Of a stretch of 64,000 nucleotides of DNA, positions 1-14,171 are shown in pieces. Made by a program: the position numbers and the translations under genes. The notes below the pieces were generated by a model. That model saw nothing but the letters and a program-made list of their open reading frames with translations, was not told the origin of the DNA and did no database searches. Source of the stretch: Adineta vaga (Eukaryota > Animalia > Rotifera); contig CP075494.1 in NCBI GenBank assembly GCA_021613535.1, forward strand, positions 14,012,001-14,076,000, given 5' to 3'. Every line of letters begins with the position of its first letter. Positions within the stretch are counted from its first letter, which is position 1.

Positions 1-740
1 AGTTTTCTTAAACAAATTCGTGAACTTCGACAAATTCTCAGTTTGACACAACACAATTTGACAAATACGATTCATCAAGTAATAAAATATATTCATTGAA
101 GAACGAATTTTTCTCACCTAAGTGTTTATTGCTATAGTTGACAGATGAAAACGAACGATTACAACAACGAATCAAATCAATAGAACATCGTGAAGAAGAA
201 AATTATTCGAAAGTACGTGTAGAAGGTGTGAATGTAAGTGATCCGAAAGATTTTTCTTCTTCCTCTATGAAAATTTCTCTTTTGGCAATTTAGTTTACGA
301 ATTCATCTAGATCCACAGTTGATCAATTCGTTTCTAATGTATTTAAACAGACAATTTCCATCGCAGGAAATACGTCTATTCATTTCTCAGGTCTTTTCGC
401 GCATTTAAGCGCATCAGTTAGTAACTTTGTTGATCACCGACATGAATATATGAACAAAAGTAAACAAAAATTAAGTGATTTTGCTCGTTCATCAACTGCT
501 GAAAAAGTTCAAATAACACTTCGACAAAGTGTTGAAAATCTTTCAACATCATTTCGAAAAGCTAGATCGACTTATTCTTCATGGTTTCACGCACGTACAC
601 ATCATCGTGAACATTATTCATGGAGATGGAATTTTCGACGAAATGAAAATGAAAAACATGCTTGTTATTCAAAATTGGAATCTTCAATCAATAAAATACG
701 TTCGATGAAAAATTGGATGATCAAAATCTTCCGAGCATAA
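1..740 (+). CDS. 3' part of a spliced gene for an uncharacterised coiled-coil protein (5' end outside window)
   Basis: Short exons with GT..AG introns (e.g. LTDENERLQQRIKSIEHREEENYSK at ~139-212) lead into an open frame ending at TAA 740; no family recognised. Confidence 0.5.
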
Positions 741-1061
741 ACTGTGACATACTTCTCATTTTGTATTATTTTCGATGTAAATAACTTATTTGACATTTTC
801 TTCTTTTTATTAAAAAACCTTTTCTCATTTTTTTTATACAATTGTTCCAGGGAAATTTTGATACGCGTCGTTTTCTTTCTAAACTAATACTGTAAATTGT
901 TGATCATGTTAATAAGACGAATTCACTTGTTAGTGATATAATTCATCTTATCAAATGTCTAATGATTTGCATATGGTATGAATATATGTGTGAAGAGTAC
1001 TTAACGCAAGAGTAGTTGAACAAATTGATAATCTTTTTTTTAGATTAGAATTTTGTGTAGA

Positions 1062-2634
1062 ATGAATGACGATGCATTGAAATATGCCGAACGTCTTGTC
1101 TCTCGTTCATATATTGATCTAGCTCGGCAAGCACGTCGTTCATATGAACAACAAATTCGGTTGATAATTGAACATCGAAAATTACCTGAACAAGCAATGG
1201 ATGAGAATATCATTGAACAATGGTTGAATGAAATAGCACAAATGGATTCAAATAATTTTCAAGGAAATATTGGTGTAGGAGAAAGAGAAGGTATTTAATC
1301 AAACAAAAATAGTTATCAAATGACATTTTGTTTTACAGATAAACGGCAATGAATAAGGATAGATGTCATATTTTAAACTTATTTAGGTCGAATATATTCA
1401 TCACTCGTCGCCCGTCGACATACTTTAATGTCACATGGTATTGGACGTTCGGGTGATATAAATGCTATTCAACCGAAAGCAGCTGGTTCTTCGCTATTGA
1501 ATAAACTTACTAATGAACTTGTTCTTGATGCTGTTCATATTCTTGGTTTACGAACAGTCAATCATGCTCTTGTAATTCCCATGGCAACCGGTAGGATTTT
1601 GGTGAGTTTGCGTAATCTCACATATCTATGTGTGTGTATTTTTCTTTGTCTTTTATGCAGGTATGACAATGACATTATGTTTTCTGGTATTAAAAAAACA
1701 ACGACCTAAATCTCGTTATGTTCTTTGGTCACGTATTGATCAAAAAAGTTGTTTTAAATCAATTCTAACAGCTAATCTTGAGCCAATTATTATTGAACAA
1801 ATCGAAAATAATTCTTATCTTCAAACGAATACATCTGAATTTGAAAAACAAATTCAACAATTAAATCCTGAAGAAATCTGTTGTATTGTATCGACAACAA
1901 GTTGTTTTGCCCCACGTGCTATCGATAATATACAAAATCTTAGTCAATTATGTCAAACATATTCAATTCCACATTTAATCAACAATGCCTATGGTTTACA
2001 ATCAACAAAAATTATTCATGAAATTGAACAAGCTAAACGTTCAAATGGTCGAATTGATTATATTGTTCAAAGTACAGATAAGAATTTTCTTGTTCCTGTT
2101 GGTGGTTCGATTGTTTTAACGTACGATTCTGAATTATTTGATAGACTTTCTCATGCTTATCCTGGTCGTGCTTCGATAACACCAACGACGGATATGTTTA
2201 TAACACTTTTATCAATGGGTAAAATAGGTTTACTTGAGCTGATTCAAAAACGTAAAGTTCTATTCATTCGTTTCTATGACAAACTTTCTCAATGGGCACA
2301 AGAAAATGATGAATGTATACTTTCATCGAAACAATTGAGTCCAATATCGATTGCAATATCTTTAAAACATTTACCAAACGAATGTTTAACTGAACTTGGT
2401 TCCATGTTATTTACACGACGAATATCTGGTGCTCGAGTTGTGAAATTAGGTACAAAACAAACAATTGAATCCTATGAATTTATGAACTATGGTGCTCATT
2501 CATTTAATATTCAATATTCATATTTAACAGTTGCAGCTGCGATTGGTATTGAAGAAAATGATATTGATATATTCATGAAAAAATTGAATGAAGTTTATCA
2601 AAAATTACGACGCAATGAAACGATTGATGATTGA
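1062..2634 (+). CDS. SEPSECS: O-phosphoseryl-tRNA(Sec) selenium transferase (SepSecS), 3 exons
   Basis: Motifs [61 protein letters not shown]-lysine [19 protein letters not shown]; introns 1291-1386 and 1591-1660. Confidence 0.96.
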
Positions 2635-2904
2635 AACGTTTTTTATGTTTTAGTTAATCATGAAGTTGATCATAAAGATTATAATCTGAGAAGAAAACAT
2701 TCATAAAATATCTAATGATTTATAAGAGGATATAAATACTTAAAATCGAAGCGCATCATAAAGAAAAACGAGAAATTGGTTATAATATCGAAATATTAGA
2801 TGATTCGCTTATGTATAGAATAGATTTCTTTTTTATTTTATTTCAAAAGTAGATGAAAAACATAAAAATTCTTTTGAAAAGAAGTTTATGATGTTGAATA
2901 TTTT

Positions 2905-3923
2905 TTATGGCAATGCTTTGATTGTTTTTAAAATCCATGCATTGAAGTATCGAACATCAGCATAGATATCGGGACTTGGTTTTGAAAATGAACAATCAAC
3001 TGTACCCGACATAATACCTACTTGTTCGAAATATTTTTGTCCATTAGGAAGAGTACGTTCACGAACAAGTGGACCACCGCTATCACCGAAGCCTACGTTG
3101 TTTTTTGAAAGAAAAACGAATTAATACAATAAAAAGATGATATAATTTACTTACAAACTCCTTTGTTTGCAGCATAGGCACACATCTTTGATTTATCTTG
3201 AATAAAGAAGAGTGTATAGGTCAATTTTCGGCAATCAGCATTATTAGCATCGACACATTCAAGGCCAACTTGTTGAAGTTCAGTTGGTCGAGTTATACCT
3301 GTTCGATTTGGATTACCAGTTAACGAACCCCAACCACTTGCTATACAAGAAAAACGTATAAAAATAAATGTGTACACAAAAAATGAAAAAATACTCTTAC
3401 CAACAACTGGAGTACCGACTGTACAAGCAGGAGCTGATGCAGGAGGTAAGCAGATGAGACTTGTTTTCTCATTGTCAATGTCGACGGATTTTTCTAAGCG
3501 AATGATAGCAATATCATTGGCAAGACTTTTGCTGTTGTAGGATTCATGTCTGATGAATTGTTTTGCTGGGATGCCACCGGTTGGTGTTAGAACACTTGGT
3601 GTAAATTCATGAAGTCCAGGAAAAAGACGAATATCAGAGGCAGCATTGCCATCGACACAATGAGCAGCTGTAAGTACATGTGTTGGTTTGATAAGACTGG
3701 CACCACAATAGAATTTGGCTGTTCCATTTGGAAAAAAACCGACTAATAAGAGTTGGTATGGTCGAGAATGTGGAACAGCGGCTTCACCATTGATGATACG
3801 TGATAGAGGAGATTTTGGTTTAATTGCTGAAACACCACAACCATTGCCAGGTTCAGGAAGATCTTGGGTATTTGCAATTGCCACAATGATGGCCAAAGCT
3901 ATTGTTGAAAAAATAGCTTGCAT
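2905..3923 (-). CDS. Secreted S1A serine protease (chymotrypsin/elastase-type specificity), 3 exons
   Basis: Signal peptide, activation site R-IINGEAA, TAAHC, DIAII, and GVC|FGDSGGP across an intron; ends AWILKTIKALP-stop. Gly rather than Asp at the S1-pocket position. Confidence 0.92.
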
Positions 3924-4915
3924 AATTGTTGATTTATCGAAGCAAACGACAAAGAATTGAGTATGTCACTTGTTTTTATACGTTTGCTTTTTCCTTATTT
4001 CGATATTACTGTTTCGTATGAAGAAATGTCAACTCCTTTTATACAGCTAATTGTCGCAATATTCGATGTAAAACCATAAAACATATCTCATTTCGTTCGT
4101 ATTATTACTTTTGAAGATAACAGCAAATTAATCACTAGAAGTATTATAAAATACTTCTTAACGCATCTGATAATGATGGATGATAAAAGTTTTATAGAAC
4201 ACTCTAGAAGAATTTCATTATTTTATGATTGTATTTTTGTTGGAAAAGATTGAAGTTTTTGATAAAAAAATTCCGAAAACACTGTGGAAAGATAGAACAA
4301 TGATTGAGTAATCCAGTACAAATTTCAAGTATTTGAAGAGTTTTATAATTTAGAATCATAAGATATTAATCAAACGAACTCAAAGTCACTTAAAAAGTCC
4401 GTCTGTTAACTATTTCGTACTTTTATAAAAAATTTACAATTATGATTTCTTTCATATGATTTATAATAAAATACAACATATCTAGCACTGTTTCATAGCA
4501 TTCAATTTAACAACTAATGATATGCTATTATTCGTATGTTTGTCTATATCTTCTATGTCTGCCGTTGGTATGTAGAATCGTATTTATATATGTAGAAGTA
4601 CAGCATAACCTTCAAGATCTAATTGAGCGTATTCACAGATTCTACTATGATCAAAGTTTCAATCTTCTATTAGCGACCTCTTTCGTTAAACTAGACATTT
4701 TTCTAAATACTTTCTAAAACAAAGTGAACAGCAAATAGAAAATATCAAACATGAATGATATATTTAAATCAAACTTTCTATTCGAATAATACTATATAAT
4801 AAGAGACTAATCATTGGTTAGCCATAAATTACAATACGTAGTTAATTCTCCATTGAAATAATTTGAAATTTCATTTTTAGTTTGAAATAAATCAAACGAT
4901 AATAAAACAAGAGAA

Positions 4916-5206
4916 ATGGCACAAGTACTCGATGCTTATGTGAATAAATCAGTGAATATAGTTACAGCAGATGGTCGAATTATCATTGGTACATTACGTG
5001 GATTTGATCAAACGATTAATATTATTTTAGAAGATAGTTATGAACGTGTATTTTCTTCTGCTAGTGGTGTTGAACAAGTTTTACTTGGTCTCTATATAAT
5101 ACGTGGTGATAATGTAGCATTAATCGGTGAAATAGATGATGACATTGATAGAAGCATTGATTTTTCAAGAATTCGAGCAGATCCATTGCCACATGCTAAG
5201 ACATAA
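4916..5206 (+). CDS. LSM8: U6 snRNA-associated Sm-like protein LSm8 (intronless CDS)
   Basis: DGRIIIGTLRGFDQTINIIL..SYERVFS..GVEQVLLGLYIIRGDNVALIGEID is the LSm8 signature. Confidence 0.95.
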   Translation: MAQVLDAYVNKSVNIVTADGRIIIGTLRGFDQTINIILEDSYERVFSSASGVEQVLLGLYIIRGDNVALIGEIDDDIDRSIDFSRIRADPLPHAKT

Positions 5207-5551
5207 ATTTTGTATTTTTCATTGTGTATTGTGCTTTTTCTTCCTTCTTTCTTTCTTTCATTCATTCATTCTTTCTTTGTTATTATTATCGTCAGATGAT
5301 GAACTCTTTGTATGAAATCTAAATATTTTTTTTTGTAACTGTTGATTCAGAAAAAAGAAAGACACGATTAGACAAGATCTAAATCGACTTGTCAACAATT
5401 ACAGACTACATTTAAATGTAAGCAAGATTTTTTTATTTTAGTTTCATGCAACCAATGGTATAATCATTTGAAAGAAGAAAACCGAGGGTACATTACGTTT
5501 GAAGAGAAGAGAGATGGGATAAAACGATGCTAGTTTATAGAAATGTTCTGT

Positions 5552-6272
5552 TTAATCATGAGCAACTTCATCAACGACAATTGCTAAAGCTAAAATGAAT
5601 GGTGTATCTTCACCTCGTTGAATTTTAACACCATATTTATCACCAATAGCAAAGAATTTCTTGGAAATTGTTGCAACAAGATGATGTTCTTTCTTAATTT
5701 TAAATTCACGTGAACGAAAATTGCCTTCAATTTTATAGGTACCAAATTTTGATTTAACGGAAAATTTTTTACCACCAATTAAATTCATTTTACGACTAAG
5801 AGAAAAGAAACGATTGAATTTTAATTCAATTCATTACATATGTTTACCTAATATCAGCAACAACTTTATCGTTTTGACGAATTTCATATTTAGCTAAACC
5901 AAGTGGATTGAGAATATGTTTAACTACAAAGATATCATCAATCAAATAGACCATTTCTTCTAATATTCTTACTTGAATAATATTCTTGTTTACCAGTTGG
6001 ATCAGTTATTTGAAGATGTTTACCTAAACCTAATTGTTTAAATCCAACCTAAAAAAAAGATATTTGTATTTTTTTTACATCTCTCAACAATTTACTTTAT
6101 AAACTGCTTTATCTTTATCATCTTTGATAGTATATGATGATCCAAGTGTAAGAACTTTTTGTTGAAGTTGATATTTGACTGCATCTTCGACTTTTTTCGA
6201 TGCAAAAAGACTAAAAACACCAACAATGAAGATCAATTGTAAAGCTACTAATTGAAGAAGAAATCGAGCCAT
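5552..6272 (-). CDS. LURP-one-related (tubby C-terminal-like/scramblase) protein with N-terminal hydrophobic segment, 4 exons
   Basis: YQLQQKVLTLGSSYTIKD..KAVYKV, YKIEGNFRSREFKI, VATISKKFFAIGDKYGVKI..GEDTPFILALAIVVD match the LOR/LURP-one pattern. Confidence 0.8.
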
Positions 6273-6711
6273 GATTGAAAAATGAAAATTCGAAATGAGA
6301 GACGAGTGTCTATGTAAACGTGTATCTAAATAGTCAAGTAATAAATAACAAGTATGCGGAACGAATGATAAGAATCCTTTTTCTTATCTAAATTCATTTG
6401 GCTTTCTTTTCTCAAAATGAAACAAGACATATGTACTATCCGTTGCGTTATCATTAGTAAAAGAATCTAAGTAAGAATTCTTTTCCAGACATTTTCTCAT
6501 CTAACCTTCGATGTCATAAGAATACTTAGACAAGACATCTAAATATCAGCAACTGTCAGAGCTAGTAGCATTGAGATTCATGGTCAGATCAAATGACATA
6601 AAATATGAAAGAAGATTCCTTTTTCTTTTTTTTTTATTTATTATTATTATCTTTCCTACGACTAACATCTATCGATTTACATTGATAAAAAAATACAAAA
6701 ACAAAATTTCA

Positions 6712-8033
6712 TCATCGAATTGTTAATAGTTTTCGTGTCCATTTCGTTACAAGCCAACGCATTCGAATTATTCCGATAACAACAGTAACATAGCACCGAA
6801 AACGAAAACGATAATTCATCGAACGTCGATGATAAGATTGTTTGGGAATGAATTTCATTTTATTGTAATTGAAAGTATTGATTTGAAAATCTCCTGTTAA
6901 ACGACGTATTTCATTCAATGCATACGTTTCTGTATCTTCATAACCAGTTAATAAAATAAGAAGATAATGTTTTTGATAAATTAAAGCTTTTCGATATGTT
7001 TCACAACGTAAATATTTTAAATAAAATCGATTTAAATGTTCAGAATTTATTTGAATTGCTTGATTTTGTTTAAGTATTTCGAAATGTTTTTTTAAATAAT
7101 TGAATTCGTCTTTAGTTTGTTCAAGTTCATTTAGAAGTATCAAACGATCTTGTGATAATAATTTTCCTAATGCTTGCCGTTGATATTCGCACATTTGATG
7201 AATTTCATCTTCTAATTCTTTACTTTTTCCTTGTTCATGAATTTCATTACAACGACGTTCTTGTTCACATCGAAATATCTCTGCAAGACATTGGATTAAA
7301 GTCGGACTTTTTTCATTTGCATTCATATGAGCTATTAAAGAACGAAGATAACTATTTTCTTCTTGTAATTTTTCTTGAGAATTCGTTGAATTGTTTATAT
7401 TAACACCATGAAATTGTAAAGAAAGAAGTTCACTTAATGATAATACTTGAACACCTAGAATAACATGAAATTCTGTTTCTTAGTCAATCAATATGGAAAT
7501 TATGTACGATTTTCTTAATTGAATACATTGGAAAATTAAGTATCGAGTCTATGATTTATTTACCTTCCGTATGTAATTTATTGATAAGTCGTTTGCATTG
7601 ATCGTTATCATTTGATTGTTGTGATAGTAACTGTCGACGTTGTTCATCTTCATAACGATCGTGTTCTTCAGCAAGATGAATTTGTTCTCGTACTTGTTCA
7701 CCAAAACTTTGATCTAAATTGAAACTTGTATTTGGTAGATCATGTTGTTCTAATAAACGTGCACGAAATTCACTGATTTGTTGTTCATATTCACTTTTTA
7801 ATCGAAGACGAATTTCTACAAATGAAGAAGAAAAGAAGAAAATCTTGACTACTCTTTTCTGTTAGATATTTACCATTGACTTTTTCTTTAAGTTCTCGAT
7901 CATAATGCTGATGAATACGTTTAAGCTCAAGTTGATATTCAATTTGAAGTTGTTCACAACGTTTTTTCCAATCAATTTCAGTCGTTTGAGTTATTTGAAT
8001 TTGTGGAACTTGCTGCTGTGATGTTGAAGCCAT
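6712..8033 (-). CDS. Coiled-coil protein with C-terminal PACT (pericentrin/AKAP9 centrosomal targeting) domain, ~385 aa, 3 coding exons
   Basis: RFYLKYLRCETYRKALIYQKHYLLILLTGYEDTE ... RFRCYVTVVIGIIRMRWLVTKW match both halves of the PACT motif; upstream exons encode coiled coil. Confidence 0.8.
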
Positions 8034-8550
8034 AAGAGTGGAAGTTATTCTGAAAAAAAAACTTCCGTTGTTAAGATATTCTGTCAGACGTATTAATGTC
8101 GGAGGTTTTTATCAGATTCTTTTTTTTTCTTTTATATCCGTGTTGGTTGGATGCTGACGTTCTTGTCCTACCAGTTTCAGTCGTTCACTTTCTTTCGACC
8201 GCAACCTCGTCGTTTTTTTTTCTATTCTCTTTTCTTTTACCTGTGCATGTTCAACTTTCTCTCCCTCTCTATCTTTCTTTTCTTTTCTGTTGTTGAGAGA
8301 AGTTTGCGTAACGACAATAGAGCAGAAAAAGAACAAGCGAAGGAGAAAAAAGCAGCCGTTTTGTCAGATTTATTGTGTAGAAAAGAAGTACTAAGAAGAA
8401 AATGAGTGATTGACAAGCACAAATGTTTAATCATTGAATTTCTTGCATGTTCAATTGAAATAAAAGAGGGATTATGGCTAACGATCAATATTTAAAGACT
8501 TGTTTCTGGAAAAAACGACGACAAAAAATAGAAATAAGAATTAATTTTTT

Positions 8551-9108
8551 ATGGAAACAAAACGTATAACACCTCGTACGTTACTTCAACGAGTTTTTAC
8601 AGTTACAAAACAAACAACTGATCAACAAGTTTCAACGAATTTAACAATTCCGATATTAAATAAAATTTGGCAACGAGACATCAGTACAAATTCCGAGATC
8701 ACTTCAATTAATCCTCCACTTCTTCAACCAACATATGCTCTTGGTCCACAAAAGAAATTCGATTTTTCTCGTGCACAAAAACTCCTTCAATTAGAACTCA
8801 ATCGTCGTTGTGGTCGAATACCGAAAAGTATTCGATATGAACCAAAATTATCCATCGATTTTGTACGTGATTTAGCTCATCAATTACGTCGAATTCTCAA
8901 ACCAGAGTATTTAAATACACCACGATATAAAATAATTATCGTTGTATCAGTTGTACAAACAGCACCAAATCGACAAATTCATCAAGGAATGACGATTGCA
9001 TCACGATGTTTATGGGATGGTGATACCGATGGATCACTTACTGTAAAAACGAATTTTGGTTATAATATGATGGCTATTGCTACGGCATTTGTCGTTTATA
9101 CAGAATAA
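8551..9108 (+). CDS. Tctex1-domain dynein light chain-like protein
   Basis: PRYKIIIVVSV..QGMTIASRCLWDGDTDG..AIATAFVVYTE is the Tctex-1 family signature; intronless ORF. Confidence 0.88.
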   Translation: METKRITPRTLLQRVFTVTKQTTDQQVSTNLTIPILNKIWQRDISTNSEITSINPPLLQPTYALGPQKKFDFSRAQKLLQLELNRRCGRIPKSIRYEPKLSIDFVRDLAHQLRRILKPEYLNTPRYKIIIVVSVVQTAPNRQIHQGMTIASRCLWDGDTDGSLTVKTNFGYNMMAIATAFVVYTE

Positions 9109-9542
9109 CATTAGAAAAAAAAAAGAACATACATCATTAATCATTTCTTTTTGTTTCGATATAAAATTTAACACCCAATAAATAATGAGTAAAGCCCAAC
9201 TACTTTATCTCACTTGTCAACATCAAATATTTCTTCTGTATTTAATATGAATATAAATTTATTCTAAGATTAGAATTATTCTCTTTTTGTCTCGAAGTTA
9301 AAGTAATGCTATATTGAGTAGAGAAATGTGTTGCCTATTATTCGTAAATTATAAACGAGTATAATTGATATTTATTTGTATCCTTGTTATTGTCGATAGA
9401 CTTTTTTTTCCTTCTTCATCGTAGGATATAAAATCCATCTGGTGCAATGTATCGTTGGCATTCATTGACAAAACATATTCACGAAAAAGTCAACTTCCGA
9501 CACAAACCTTGATACGAACAAATGTGATCTATTTACGAAATT

Positions 9543-12500
9543 ATGGATATTTCCGATGATATGAATATGATTTTTCAAATGCTTAATACAGATGGAAGTG
9601 GTTATATTGATAGAGAAAAACTACAACAAGTTTGTCCACATTTAACATCATTAGAAATTGATACATTATTCAATGAATATGATACAGATCATGATAATCG
9701 TATCTATTTAAAAGAATTACTTCAATCCAATAATTATTCTCAACATAATAATACAAAAGATATCGTTACACATACTCAACTCAATGAAATTTTTAATAGT
9801 CTTGCATGGTATGAATATTAAAAAGAAATTAGCGTTCCTTTTTATATTACCCTTCTTGACATTTCGATTACCATGAGCAAAAACTTTAACTTTATAACTC
9901 GGTGTAATTATGATAAGTATTTTGATACATATCAACACCTATACGATCGTTCGTAACTGTTTTTTTTACGCGTTCTCGTCTAAGTTAACAATCATTCATA
10001 CCTAATTTTCACCTACGCACGAAAAAAAGTCGCATTTATTTTTACCTAGTTGTGTTGTTTTCATAAACATATATACAAAATTGTGCATATCGTTGAAAAT
10101 GAGAGGAGGCAGAGAGAACGACGAGAGAAAAAAAATGTGTATTACGAATGTGACTATATCGATAATGTCAGTGACGAAACGATCCTTGTTGTTTTCTTCA
10201 TCAAATAACGTGTAGAGATATACAAATTAAGCGTTTCATTATATTTTACCACTATCAAATGGATCTAGTTAATAATAAAATATCGAATGAAGATATTTTT
10301 TCGAAGTATGTAACATTTGATATAGTTCTCTTGTAGAATTGAACTCTCGATAAGTGTTCTATTTCTTGATGACCTTTTCAAAACGTGATTAGACAGTCAT
10401 CATCATATTATTATTGTATGATTTGTTTTTATTTGATAGTCAAGAGCAAATTTTTGACTTCTATGAAACACTTCGCAATGGTACAAGCGATGCAACCCAC
10501 CAATTTCAATCGATTCTTGAAGTATTTGTTTGTGATATACTCAAATATCGAAAAGAAATCAAACGATTAGAAGATTCTTATAAACGGTAATTTAAAAGAA
10601 CAAACAGAATCTATTCAATTGACTTTGTTATTTTTTATTCTAGTGAAAAAGAAACACATGAAAGATATTTACAAAATATTGAACAAGAACAAGAACAAGA
10701 TATGCGTGAATTAGAAGATAAAATACGAGAAACTGTACATAATTATAAATTTTTGTTTTCAAAATTCGAAAGGCAAATTTTGTTTTTATTCAGGAACGAA
10801 AAAATTTTGAACAAGAACGTGAATTATTTCAACAACGTTCGAAGAAAGAAATTAATGATTTAAAATTGACTATTCAACGATTACAAACAGTAAATTTTCA
10901 ACTTGAAAAACATGAAATATCTAAATAGAATTTCATTTCATTAGATTGAAAAACATTATTCAACTCAAAAAAGTGACGAAAGTTCTTCAACTATTTCATT
11001 ACGTGAAGAAATTGCAAAGTTAACAGCAGAAAATCAAACTATAAATGCATCTTTAAATGATACATTAACTGCTAATGCCATATTACAAAGTGATATTCAA
11101 TCATTTAAATCACAGTTAAGTGAACGACAAAGTTTACTCTTACAGTAGGGATATTCAAAATGTATATATTTCTATAAATACATTACGTATCGTTTTCTAG
11201 AGAAAAGCAATCATCATCAGGTAATCATCGTGAAAAAGAATCATTGCAAACGAATGTTCGCCATCTTGTGTATGTATCTTGGTGAAAAATAACTAATTAA
11301 GAATGAATCAGCGACTTTATCGTTTAATAGGGAAGTTAATAAACAACTTCGTGATGAAAATGATTCATTACGTGCACAAATTGAATCAAGTAAATCAAAT
11401 AGTATGCAAAAAACTGTAAGACAATGTCAATTAAATTAAAAAAATAAATGCATTTTTAATTCCTGTAGAGTCTTCTACCACCGGGACGATTAGTGTCAAC
11501 AGCTGGTTCAACTTTGGGTGCTTATTGGAATAATAATAAACCAGATGGGTATTTTGAATTGAATTTACTTATTTATAAACAAGAAAATAAATGTTTTATA
11601 TTTGTTTTTGTTGAATAGTTCATCACCAGCGTATGCAACAGATGTTAATCCACGAATATTTGATTCATTTGATTTGGATTCAACTGATGAATTAGGTATA
11701 ATTAATAATCAATCTCGAGCATTGAAAAATTTAGCGAGTGATATATCATCCAACAAATTCTCGTCATTAGCTACAACTTCCAAGAGTAAAACACAAACCG
11801 ATGGCAATAGTACTATGAATGGTTTGTTTTGCATGTGCCTATATTGTCTATCGATCAATATTGTTCTTAAAAAAAACTTCTTCTTTCTTATGCAACTTAC
11901 TAACGTATACATATATATATGTGTGCTTCAATACGATCAATTTTTGAGAGAATATGTCAATGACCATCTATTTTATTTGATATAGATAGTGGATTATCAT
12001 TAACAATGGGTCGTGATGCAACTGAAGTTGAATCAGAACGAGATTCAAAACTACAAAAAGAAACATCAATATCCAGTAAACCATTTCGACCATTACTCAC
12101 TAAACGACTTAATGATTATTCAGATTCTGATGATGTTTTTCTCGAGGTATAGTTGTCTGTTGACGTACATATTCTTCATAAATTGATTATTGAATATTTC
12201 TTGATAATGTAAATGGGTTTTGATCATTTCACATTCTTTGTCTTGTACACCTGTACAATCCTTAAATCTTATGGCGATCGACAAGTTTACACCGAGAAAA
12301 GAAAGAAAGTTAATTTATATTTTTCGTTTAACAGTATCCACTTGATCGAACACATCCGAAACGATCATCTCAACAACGATTATTGAAACGAGCAAATACT
12401 ACAGGACAAACAGCATCAAAACCAGTCAGTACACAATCATCTGCAATATTACAAAGCGATAGATCAGCAACACCCGATGCATACGTGGATCTTTCATTTG

Positions 12501-13326
12501 AGTATGTAACAAACTTATTTTGATTTGTTGTAATTTGTATTTTCTCATTTAGTCGTATGTTTAAAGTAGTATTCTGTGGTGATGCTGCTGTTGGAAAAAC
12601 GGCTTTAATTATGCGTTTATGTAAAGGAAAATTTGAATCGACGACTAGTACGACATTGGGTGTCGATTTTCAAAATAAACAAATTGAAGTAGATCAAAAA
12701 CGTGTAGCACTTCAATTATGGGATACAGCTGGACAAGAAAGGTTAGAACGAAAGAAAATAAGAATTTTATTTTTTTATCTATGAAAGATATCTTTCATCG
12801 TAGATTTCGTAGTATTGCTAAATCATATTTCCGTCGATGTGATGGTGTGATTCTTGTCTATGATGCAACATATGAACGATCGTTTTTAAATGTTCGTGAA
12901 TGGATTGATACAATCTCGGATTCCACTCCAAAAAAAGTTTCTGTAATGATCGTTGCGAATAAAATTGATCTTCGAGATCAAATGCGTGCAGAAGGAAAGC
13001 GTGTTATTGAAAAAGCAGAAGGTGCAAGATTAGCCAAAGTTTGTATTTCATTACAAAACTCAATTCATACATACAATAATATTTTAGGAATATAAAGCAT
13101 TATTTATCGAAACAAGTGCTAAAGAAGGAACGAATTCTGGTGAAACATTAGTTGAATTAGCACGGTATGTATGAAATAATATATCATCTACATATGAAAT
13201 AAGCGTTTTTGTTTTCTTCCTTATTTTAGTGACATGCAATGTAACGAAGATTTAGAACGTTTCCGTACAGCAGGAATAGATTTGGATAAGTTAACAGCGA
13301 AAAAATCAACTTGTTGTGATCTTTGA
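9543..13326 (+). CDS. RASEF: EF-hand + coiled-coil + Rab GTPase (RASEF/Rab45-CRACR2A family), multi-exon
   Basis: EF hands (NTDGSGYIDREKL, DTDHDNRIYLKEL), coiled-coil exons, Rab motifs GDAAVGKT, WDTAGQERFRSI, NKID, ETSAK, and C-terminal prenylation-type KKSTCCDL-stop. Confidence 0.88.
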
Positions 13327-14171
13327 TTAACATGGATCATTTCTTCGTTTTATTGAATAAACTATTTTCTTCGATTTTTTTTCTTCTCAATTTGTTATGT
13401 ATTTAACTATTAAATTGATTTCATTTTGAAATATTCCGAGTTTTGAAATCTATATACTAAATTCTGTGCGAATATTTTTCGAATTATTTGTGTTGCAGTG
13501 CTTTTGTGAATGAGTAAGACTTAATAATAATATTTGTCTAACTCTATGAATATTTAATATGTACGTATTTTCTTACAATCTTATGTTTTGTGTATATGCA
13601 GTTTTAAATTTGCATCAAAAATAGAAGCTATTTTAAATTACTAACATCTATATAATTTCGAACAAAATATGATCACTATAACTAATCATCGAGCACGCTC
13701 TACATTAGTCACATCCATCAGATGATTAGTTCTTCGAATTGTTGGTCAATACCTTAAAATGAAAGTAACAATAATGCATCTGTATTAAATCCAAGAGAAT
13801 TCTCGATTCGGTCTCACATCTATAGAACTAATTAATTTCATGAATGATAGATGTCACCAGTTGTTAATGATCTAAATATAGAGGAAGATTTATTACCTTT
13901 GATAAGTAGAATGATATTGGAAAAGCTAGAAAAATAACCTCTCTAAAATCATTTTAGTTATTCTAATGAAATAAGGATTCAAATAAAATACTAAAGCAGA
14001 TTGATTCATTGGTATTTTGTTTAACCTGTAGAAAACTTTCCTCTTCTACGTAGAATAAAATCTGGATTATTTACTCATTTCATTTCGAAAATTTTTTTGC
14101 ACTCAAAGATTATCTTAACAATATCGATTTGATTTCAATCATCTCTTATTTATTCTCATACGAACATTAAA

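Noticed and set aside
8096-8488. Several overlapping short ORFs
   Set aside because: Low-complexity purine/pyrimidine tracts in the UTR/promoter region between two divergent genes.
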